From positions 1 to 35,405 of the forward strand of contig PWHO01000094.1 in NCBI GenBank assembly GCA_003555385.1: a stretch of DNA of 35,405 nt. Reading direction: 5' to 3'. This DNA is from Bacteroidales bacterium (GTDB lineage: Bacteria > Bacteroidota > Bacteroidia > Bacteroidales > UBA7960). Below are positions 28,945 through 35,405 of this stretch, one piece after another; position 1 is the stretch's first letter; every line of letters starts with the position of its first letter. A program made the position numbers and the translations under genes. Under the pieces are notes generated by a model. The model was given only the letters and a program-made list of their open reading frames with translations. It did no database searches and had not been told where the DNA came from.

Positions 28945-29270
28945 GACCCCCTCGGGGTCGTTTCGTGGGCAATTCCACCACCCTTATCCCCAGTGAACCA
29001 ACAACCAACAACCGCTCAGCCTCTTCCACCGCTTATGGGCAACTCCCACAATCCTCCGCCCATGAGAACCAACAACTGGAGGCGCGCAGCGCCGACTAAC
29101 CAACAACCGCTCAGCCTCTTCCACCGCTTATGGGCAACTCCCACAATCCTCCGCCCATGAGAACCAACAACCAACAACCAACAACCAACAACTGGAGGCG
29201 CGCAGCGCCGACTAACCAACAACCAAGGGTGCGAAGCACCCGTTTAACCGGAGGGGGCGGAGCCCCCGAC
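28945..29270. repeat. Composite REP/BIME-like mosaic repeat between sufB and sufC
   Basis: Identical 53-bp module at 29014-29066 and 29109-29161; identical 21-bp hairpin module at 29077-29097 and 29193-29213; AACCAAC heptamer linkers; further hairpins at 28945-28959, 29227-29241, 29253-29267. Confidence 0.9.
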
Positions 29271-29274
29271 AAAC

Positions 29275-30723
29275 TTACCCTACACTTCCTTCCAGGCTCA
29301 CCGACAACAACTTCTGTGCTTCCACGGCGAACTCCATGGGGAGTTTTGAAAGCACCTCTTTGGCATAGCCATTGACGATCAGGCCGATGGCTCCTTCCAT
29401 ATCAATTCCTCTTTGCAGGCAGTAGAACAGCTGGTCTTCGGATATCTTGCTGGTGGTTGCCTCATGTTCCACAATCGATGACCGGTTGCCCACCTCGATA
29501 TAAGGGAATGTGTGGGCTCCGCTCTGGTCTCCCAGGAGCAGTGAGTCACACTGGGAGAAATTCCGGGCGTTCTCTGCCTTGCGGCTGGTTTTCACCAGCC
29601 CCCGGTAGCTGTTGTTGCTTCTTCCGGCAGAGATTCCTTTGCTGATGATGGTGCTTTTGGTGTCCTTCCCCAGGTGGATCATCTTGGTGCCCGTGTCTGC
29701 CTGCTGACGTTTGTTGGTCACGGCTACGGAGTAAAACTCCCCGGTCGACCGGTCGCCTTTCAGTATCAGGCTGGGATATTTCCAGGTAATGGCGGATCCT
29801 GTTTCCACCTGGGTCCAGGATATTTTCGAGTTTTCTCCCTCACATATTCCGCGTTTGGTAACGAAGTTGTACACGCCGCCTTTGCCATCCTTGTCGCCCG
29901 GCCACCAATTCTGAACGGTTGAATATTTTACTTCGGCATCTTTGTGTGCAACGATCTCTACAATGGCTGCATGCAATTGATGTTCGTCACGGATGGGTGC
30001 CGTACATCCTTCCATGTAACTGACATAGCTGCCTTCTTCGGCCACGATGAGGGTTCTTTCAAACTGCCCGGTATTGGCTGCATTGATGCGGAAGTAGGTG
30101 GACAACTCCAGCGGGCATTTAACCCCTTTGGGTATGTAAGCGAATGATCCGTCACTGAAGACTGCCGAGTTCAGGGCCGCAAAGAAGTTGTCCTTATAGG
30201 GAACCACGCTGCCCATATATTTCTGCACAAGGTCAGGGTATTTCTGAACGGCTTCACTGAAGGAGCAAAAAATAATCCCCTGTTCGGAGAGGGTCTTTTT
30301 AAATGTGGAACCCACAGACACACTGTCCATCACGGCATCCACGGCCACGCCTGCCAGTTTTTTACGCTCATCCAGGGGGATGCCCAGCTTGTCAAAGGTT
30401 TCCAGGAGCTCCGGATCCACCTCGTCCATGCTCTCGTATTTGGGCTTTTTACGCGGGGCTGAGTAATAGATCTTATCCTGGTAGTTGATTGGCGGATACT
30501 CCAGATGGGCCCAATTTGGCTCCTGCATTGTCTGCCAGTAACGGAAAGCCTTCAGGCGGAATTCCAGCATAAACTCAGGCTCATTTTTTTTGGCGGAAAT
30601 AAAACGAATGGTATCCTCGGTGAGCCCGGGAGGCGCCTGATCCATGTCAATATCGGTGTAAAAACCGTATTTGTAATCGGAACCGGTTACTTCGTTCAGT
30701 ATATCATTATTCTTGTCTTCCAT
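29275..30723 (-). CDS. sufB: Fe-S cluster assembly protein SufB
   Basis: [75 protein letters not shown]. Confidence 0.97.
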   Translation of the reverse strand: MEDKNNDILNEVTGSDYKYGFYTDIDMDQAPPGLTEDTIRFISAKKNEPEFMLEFRLKAFRYWQTMQEPNWAHLEYPPINYQDKIYYSAPRKKPKYESMDEVDPELLETFDKLGIPLDERKKLAGVAVDAVMDSVSVGSTFKKTLSEQGIIFCSFSEAVQKYPDLVQKYMGSVVPYKDNFFAALNSAVFSDGSFAYIPKGVKCPLELSTYFRINAANTGQFERTLIVAEEGSYVSYMEGCTAPIRDEHQLHAAIVEIVAHKDAEVKYSTVQNWWPGDKDGKGGVYNFVTKRGICEGENSKISWTQVETGSAITWKYPSLILKGDRSTGEFYSVAVTNKRQQADTGTKMIHLGKDTKSTIISKGISAGRSNNSYRGLVKTSRKAENARNFSQCDSLLLGDQSGAHTFPYIEVGNRSSIVEHEATTSKISEDQLFYCLQRGIDMEGAIGLIVNGYAKEVLSKLPMEFAVEAQKLLSVSLEGSVG

Positions 30724-30772
30724 GCAGGGTCATTCTTTGACTGCCAGTATGATAGTGCAGCACAGCGATCTT

Positions 30773-30806
30773 ATTTAGATCAATTTTAAATTGAATTGCA
30801 AAGATA
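30773..30806 (-). promoter_or_regulatory. suf promoter -7 box (30799-30806) with an AT-rich palindrome at 30773-30791 (Fur/PerR-like operator)
   Basis: TATCTTTG on the - strand; ATTTAGA-TCAAT-TTTAAAT imperfect inverted repeat just downstream. Confidence 0.5.
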
Positions 30807-30881
30807 GCAAACAAGCACGTTTTATTCAAAAAACTTTGTGTTGATTTCCTGAAATAATCAACAAGGCGTAAGGGAATATGT

Positions 30882-31949
30882 TCAGGACCGCAAACTTGCC
30901 ATATCCCCGATCATTTCCAGCCCTGCATGCCTGCCGGTTCCTTCAAAAAGCAGGTTGCCGTTTTTGTTTTTGACGGCTATGTGCAGATTTGCACTGAGAT
31001 TTTCGTGGATGACCCTGTTCATTTGCCCCTGCTGAGGTGCCTTCAGTGCTCCGGGATTTTCTTTTTTGCCCGGAGGCGTTGCCCCTTGCTCTCCCCGGAT
31101 ATCTATCCGGAGGTCATTTTTTTTGACGGTGAGATAAAGCAGGTTGCCTTTGTTTTCCAGCCTGCTAATCTTTGCCCCATTGTATGTGGCAAAAAGATGT
31201 CGTTTACCTTTGTGAAGGAAAAACCCCAGGAACCCGGGGAAGCTTTTCCCCATCCAGGGAACATTGGCCACGGATAGCATGAAAGAGGTGTTTGCTGCCC
31301 CGAAATGGTTTGACTGCATCCATATCCATGCTGCGGGCATGGATGTGCCCCAGTCTTTTTCTATATAACCTTTCCCGTTGCCAAAATCCACCTTCTGCCC
31401 ATTGAGTTGCATCTGCCCGTGAAGATGGTGATCCATGCTCACCACGCCATGGTAACATTCCATGAAAGGGGCATAGCGGTACCACCCCATGATGCCGGGT
31501 CTGAGCAGGGTGGCTTTCAGTGGGGTCTGCCCGGTAAAAAACACCTCACCGTGAAAATGGCCTTCCGGCGATTGGAGATTTAACCTGATATGGCTGCGGG
31601 AAACTTCATTGTCTCCGATGCGTGCGTGGAAATCATTCCTGGAAAAAACAAATGACTCCACCGGAAACCGGAAATACCAGGTTTCGCCGGTTTTGCCGTT
31701 GATCACCTGGATAAAGGCATGATCGTCTTCATTATTGAGTGAGACACCGGGAATAAATGACCAGATATGATTGCCACCGGAACTGACCAGTTTAATATAC
31801 CAACCTTCAAAATGGTTCTTCCTTTTCCTGTTGCCCTGAAACCAGGAAGGGTTCCAGATTTTCGCAAGATCGTACAGGCCAGGAAAACCCCTTTCCCGGA
31901 CTTGCCCGGAAAAATCCGCTGATTGACTCATTGGTTGAATTTTGGTCAC
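30882..31949 (-). CDS. Tocopherol cyclase family protein
   Basis: FEGWY, SFIPG, IMGWYRYAPFMECYHGVVSMDH, GYIEKDWGTSMPAAWIWMQSNHF. GTG start overlaps the upstream TGA; alternative ATG at 31931. Confidence 0.8.
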   Translation of the reverse strand: MTKIQPMSQSADFSGQVRERGFPGLYDLAKIWNPSWFQGNRKRKNHFEGWYIKLVSSGGNHIWSFIPGVSLNNEDDHAFIQVINGKTGETWYFRFPVESFVFSRNDFHARIGDNEVSRSHIRLNLQSPEGHFHGEVFFTGQTPLKATLLRPGIMGWYRYAPFMECYHGVVSMDHHLHGQMQLNGQKVDFGNGKGYIEKDWGTSMPAAWIWMQSNHFGAANTSFMLSVANVPWMGKSFPGFLGFFLHKGKRHLFATYNGAKISRLENKGNLLYLTVKKNDLRIDIRGEQGATPPGKKENPGALKAPQQGQMNRVIHENLSANLHIAVKNKNGNLLFEGTGRHAGLEMIGDMASLRS

Positions 31950-32659
31950 GAACTGCTTCCTTCCGGGATGAGCAGTTTAAAGCCTTTGCCATGCACATTC
32001 AATAACTCCACCTCCGGATCGTCTTTTAGGTATTTGCGCAGCTTGGCAATATACACATCCATGCTTCTTGCATTGAAGTAATTGTCCTCCAGCCAGATCT
32101 TGTTGAGTGCTTCTGAACGGTCAAGTACACTATTGGCCCTGTCACAGAGCATCTTGAGCAACTGGGCCTCCTTGGAAGTGAGTTTTTCCTGGCTGTTATC
32201 GTGTTTCAGGAGCTGCCTGGCATAGTCAAAGGTATACTTCCCTATCTGGAACAAAGTTTTGTCAGAATCACCGGGTTTCTCATCATAGGTGCGCCGGTGA
32301 ATGGCGGTGATGCGCAACAAAAGTTCCTCCATGCTGAAGGGCTTGGTTATGTAGTCATCCGCCCCGATTTTCAATCCCTCCAGAATGTCATCCTGCATAT
32401 TCTTCGCAGTGAGAAAAAGGATGGGGACTTTTTTGTCTACTTTTCTGATATCTTTTGCCAGTGTGAACCCATCCTTGACCGGCATCATCACATCCAGCAC
32501 GCAAAAGGAGAAGTTGTCTTTCAGATAAGCATCATAGGCTTCCTGTCCGTCGACGCACAATGTGGTGGAAAAACCTTTGGCCTCAAGATAGGCCTTCAGG
32601 ATGGTGCCGAGGTTCGGGTCATCTTCGGCCAGCAGAATTTTAATGTTTGACTTTTCCAT
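31946..32659 (-). CDS. rprY: OmpR-family response regulator, RprY-like
   Basis: LLAEDD, LDVMMP, FLTAK, KPFSMEELL, winged helix DNYFNARSMDVYIAKLRKYL..NVHGKGFKL. Confidence 0.85.
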   Translation of the reverse strand: MEKSNIKILLAEDDPNLGTILKAYLEAKGFSTTLCVDGQEAYDAYLKDNFSFCVLDVMMPVKDGFTLAKDIRKVDKKVPILFLTAKNMQDDILEGLKIGADDYITKPFSMEELLLRITAIHRRTYDEKPGDSDKTLFQIGKYTFDYARQLLKHDNSQEKLTSKEAQLLKMLCDRANSVLDRSEALNKIWLEDNYFNARSMDVYIAKLRKYLKDDPEVELLNVHGKGFKLLIPEGSSS

Positions 32660-32673
32660 AGGGGTCAGTTTCG

Positions 32674-34305
32674 TTAGTTGTTGGTCTGTTCATTCCCGTT
32701 GCCGTCATAGCCAAAGGGGATGAAGACTGTAAACCGGCTGCCTTTGCCGGGTTCGCTCTCCAGAGAAATGTGACCGCCATGTTTTTCGACAATGGCCTTT
32801 ACATAGCTTAGCCCCAGTCCGAAACCTTTAACGTCATGAACATTTCCCGTGGAAACCCTGTACAAGTTATCAAAAATTTTCTTTTGATTGATCTGGCTGA
32901 TCCCGATTCCCCGGTCATCCACATGCACAATCACCCCGTTGCTGCTGTTTTGGGTTGTAACAGTGATCTCCGGGCTGTGCGGTGAATATTTGTTTGCGTT
33001 GTCAAGCAGGTTAGAGAATACATTGGTCAGGTGAATTTTGTCTGCCTGGATGAAGCTATATTCTGCATCAAAACTTGTGTTGATTTTTCCGTGTTTTGCC
33101 TCCACCTGTATCCCGATTTTCTGGATGGCGTTGTCGATCAGGTCATGCAGGTCGAGGCCGGCCATGTTCAGCCTGATCTTTGCTTTTTCAATGAGTGCGG
33201 TCTGCAGGACCTTCTCTGTCAGCAAACCCAGACGCTGGTTTTCCTCATTAATCACATTGATATAGCTCTGGTAAAGGTTCTCTGATTTTTGTACATCCTG
33301 GTCGCTCAGGGCCTGGCAGGCCAGGGAAATGGTTGAAATGGGGGTCTTCAACTCGTGGGTCATGTTGTTGATGAAATCATTCTTCATGACCGAGAGTTTC
33401 TTTTGGCGGATGATGGTAAGGATTGTAATGGCAAAGGAAGAGATGATCACCAGGATCAGCACAATGGAGGTGGCCAGCATGGCATTCATCTGCGAAAGAA
33501 TATACCGCTCCTGCTGAGGGAAGTGCAGTAACAGGTATTCGGGGTTCATGAAGATGTCGTTGGGGAATAGCTGAAACGCATAAGGACTTTCCATTAGTTG
33601 CCGGCTGTGCTCCCCCGTTTTTTCTTTTACCAGGGCATGCCCCGCCGGGTTATAAATGCCGAATTCATACTGTGTTTTTATCCCCTGCCTGTTGAGTTCC
33701 TCTGCAAGTATTGAATCCAGTGAGGAAATGCTACCTTCGTTGGTGACCTGAAAGGTGTACCTGCTGGAAAACAACTCATCAAACAGGTCATTGATAATCT
33801 GACTTCTCTCAAAAAATCTGCTGAACGGATCTTCCACGCCCTGACGCCTGTTGTCGGGGAGATACCCCGGGGCAGAACCCGGATACCTGCTGCGGCCGCT
33901 GATCACTATGGAAGTATCAAAAGCACTGGCTTGCTGCCTGTCACTCAATTGCCCGCTGAGCGGCAAATCGATCTCGGCCTGCACGATCCCTGAGGGACGC
34001 CCTGTTTGGGCAGCTTCACCCTGCTGAAAAAAAATACGATTGTAATAAAGCTGATTGAGGGAGTCAAGCATCTGTGTCAGCTGGTTCAGGTGACGGCTGC
34101 GTTCCTGCTGCTCCATCATTTTACGGGCAAGTTCCTGTTTATTAAACTGGTTGATGGCCCGGGTGGCTGCTTCACTGACTCCCCGGTCGAAATTCACCTC
34201 TTTGATGGCCACGGCATTGCTTATCCAGTAAAGCTGGATACCCAGTAAGCCTACCAATGAGATGGTAATCGCAATTACCACCAGTATGATAAATCTTTTT
34301 TTCAT
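32674..34305 (-). CDS. rprX: Sensor histidine kinase, RprX-like
   Basis: Two TM helices around a periplasmic domain; H-box FINNMTHELKTP, N-box NLLDNANKY, DRGIG, VKGFGLGL. Confidence 0.82.
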   Translation of the reverse strand: MKKRFIILVVIAITISLVGLLGIQLYWISNAVAIKEVNFDRGVSEAATRAINQFNKQELARKMMEQQERSRHLNQLTQMLDSLNQLYYNRIFFQQGEAAQTGRPSGIVQAEIDLPLSGQLSDRQQASAFDTSIVISGRSRYPGSAPGYLPDNRRQGVEDPFSRFFERSQIINDLFDELFSSRYTFQVTNEGSISSLDSILAEELNRQGIKTQYEFGIYNPAGHALVKEKTGEHSRQLMESPYAFQLFPNDIFMNPEYLLLHFPQQERYILSQMNAMLATSIVLILVIISSFAITILTIIRQKKLSVMKNDFINNMTHELKTPISTISLACQALSDQDVQKSENLYQSYINVINEENQRLGLLTEKVLQTALIEKAKIRLNMAGLDLHDLIDNAIQKIGIQVEAKHGKINTSFDAEYSFIQADKIHLTNVFSNLLDNANKYSPHSPEITVTTQNSSNGVIVHVDDRGIGISQINQKKIFDNLYRVSTGNVHDVKGFGLGLSYVKAIVEKHGGHISLESEPGKGSRFTVFIPFGYDGNGNEQTNN

Positions 34306-34339
34306 CTTTCTTTAACCCACGATGGTTGAACCCTCTTTA

Positions 34340-34409
34340 CAAAGGTAAGATGGAAATAAAGATTAAACCCATACTTAACACATTTTAACAGCCCTTAACG
34401 TAATTTACA
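34340..34409 (-). promoter_or_regulatory. Kinase/regulator promoter: -7 box (34340-34347) plus phased TTAAC direct repeats
   Basis: TACCTTTG on -; TTAAC at 34375, 34385, 34395 and TTACA at 34405 (10-bp spacing). Confidence 0.6.
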
Positions 34410-34448
34410 TCGCCACCCTTTAGATATAATGGATGGAAAAGGTTTTTT

Positions 34449-35024
34449 TTATAACCGGCCTGCCACTTTGTTCCAGTCAACAATTTTCCAGAATGCAGCC
34501 AGGTATTCAGGTTTTCTGTTCTGGTAGTCGAGGTAGAACGCATGCTCCCACATGTCGCATGTGAGCAGGGGTGTTTTGCCGTCACGCAGCGGATTGCCGG
34601 CATTGCCCGTTTTTACAATTTCCAGCTTTCCGTCCTGATTCCTGACCAGCCATGTCCATCCTGATCCGAATAATGTTGTGGCTGCTCCGGTAAATTCTTC
34701 TTTGAACTTTTCAAAAGATCCAAATTTCGCCTCTATGGCTTCTTTTAGCTTTCCTTCGGGTTCTCCGCCCCCATTCGGGGAGAAACCTTCCCAATAAAAA
34801 GTGTGATTCCACACCTGTGCACCGTTGTTGAAAACTCCGCCGTCTGCCTTTATCACAATCTCATCCAGGCTTGATTCCTCGAAAGGGGTACCGGGTATCA
34901 GGTCATTGAGCTTTTTCACATAGGTCATGTGATGTTTCCCGTAATGATATTCAATGGTCTTTTTTGAGATATGGGGTTCGAGTGCTTCCGGGGAATAAGG
35001 TAGCTTGGGTAATGTGTGTGTCAT
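34449..35024 (-). CDS. sodB: Superoxide dismutase, Fe-type
   Basis: LPY..ALEPHIS, HYGKHH, Fe-type FNNGAQVWNH and NAG signatures, FGSGW, DMWEHAFY. Confidence 0.93.
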   Translation of the reverse strand: MTHTLPKLPYSPEALEPHISKKTIEYHYGKHHMTYVKKLNDLIPGTPFEESSLDEIVIKADGGVFNNGAQVWNHTFYWEGFSPNGGGEPEGKLKEAIEAKFGSFEKFKEEFTGAATTLFGSGWTWLVRNQDGKLEIVKTGNAGNPLRDGKTPLLTCDMWEHAFYLDYQNRKPEYLAAFWKIVDWNKVAGRL

Positions 35025-35323
35025 GACAGCGTTGTTTTGGGTTTATATAAATATGAATAGCTAAAATATGGAAAATATCTTTTAGTTCCAAATACGATGG
35101 GGGTTATATGATCAGATGCGTATGCATCGTCGCATGTGTACGTATGCGAACAGGGTTGTTCGGCAGCGTGCATTTGGTGTCTGAGTAAATAACTTGCAAC
35201 CGTCTGACAATGAGAGCAAATAGCTTTATAGCATGTTGTTTGATTGATTTTTACAGGGCGCATAGTTTTACAGCGTTATTGAAAAAGTCGGAGTGGAAGA
35301 ACAAACAAAAAGCTAATAACGAT

Positions 35324-35405
35324 ATGAATCCAAACATTAAAGTATCCCTTCGCCGGCTTGTCCGGGAAAAACAGTATTCCATTATCAATGTGGGTGGCCT
35401 GGCTA
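35324..35405 (+). CDS. ABC transporter permease (MacB/FtsX-type), 5' portion (runs off window end)
   Basis: Not in ORF track. MNPNIKVSLRRLVREKQYSIINVGGLA matches the K-x-(A/S)-x-R-x-L..YS-x-IN-x-x-GLA start typical of Bacteroidota MacB-like permeases. Confidence 0.7.
   Translation, partial: MNPNIKVSLRRLVREKQYSIINVGGLA

Noticed and set aside
28996-29224. CRISPR array interpretation of the sufB-sufC repeat
   Set aside because: Intervening segments are identical rather than unique, unit lengths are irregular, and no cas genes are in the window.
28829-29375. Short ORFs over the repeat region (28829-29029, 28915-29160, 29016-29222, 29130-29375)
   Set aside because: Their translations simply mirror the repeat modules, show no recognisable domain, and some overlap suf genes.
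35021-35263. 80-aa ORF upstream of sod
   Set aside because: No recognisable features; spans an AT-rich divergent regulatory region.
35255-35275. Sigma-54 -24/-12 promoter before the ABC permease
   Set aside because: GGCGCATAGTTTTAC lacks the GC at the required GG-N10-GC spacing.

Overview
Mostly core-genome DNA of a Bacteroidota bacterium, probably Bacteroidales-like. The assignment is inferred from TAnnTTTG -7 promoter boxes before many genes and from gene content and order. Left to right: partial HU gene, mutY, DcaP-like outer-membrane protein, ssb, a DUF418 gene remnant, lpxK, Nif3-like and C4 zinc-ribbon genes, a Tyr/Gly-rich disordered lipoprotein paired with a FadL/OmpP1-like barrel, proS, SPOR protein, class II fbaA, GT4 glycosyltransferase, asnS, rpoN, membrane protein, beta-barrel protein, PanE-like oxidoreductase, recG, tonB-vanZ-gcvH, a suf operon (sufB, sufC, sufD, sufS, unknown membrane protein, sufE, sufT), a tocopherol-cyclase-like gene overlapping an RprX/RprY-like two-component system, Fe-type SOD, and the start of a MacB-type ABC permease. 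No transposase, integrase, CRISPR array, rRNA or tRNA was seen. The most unusual items are: (1) a ~330 bp mosaic repeat between sufB and sufC, built from AACCAAC heptamers, a duplicated 53-bp module and GNA-triloop hairpins with compensatory stem changes; (2) the low-complexity lipoprotein/FadL-like pair separated by a terminator-like hairpin; (3) the sod-rprXY-cyclase-suf block, with 10-bp-phased TTAAC repeats and a Fur/PerR-like box; (4) non-canonical additions to the Suf system. All family calls come from motif recognition by eye, not database searches.
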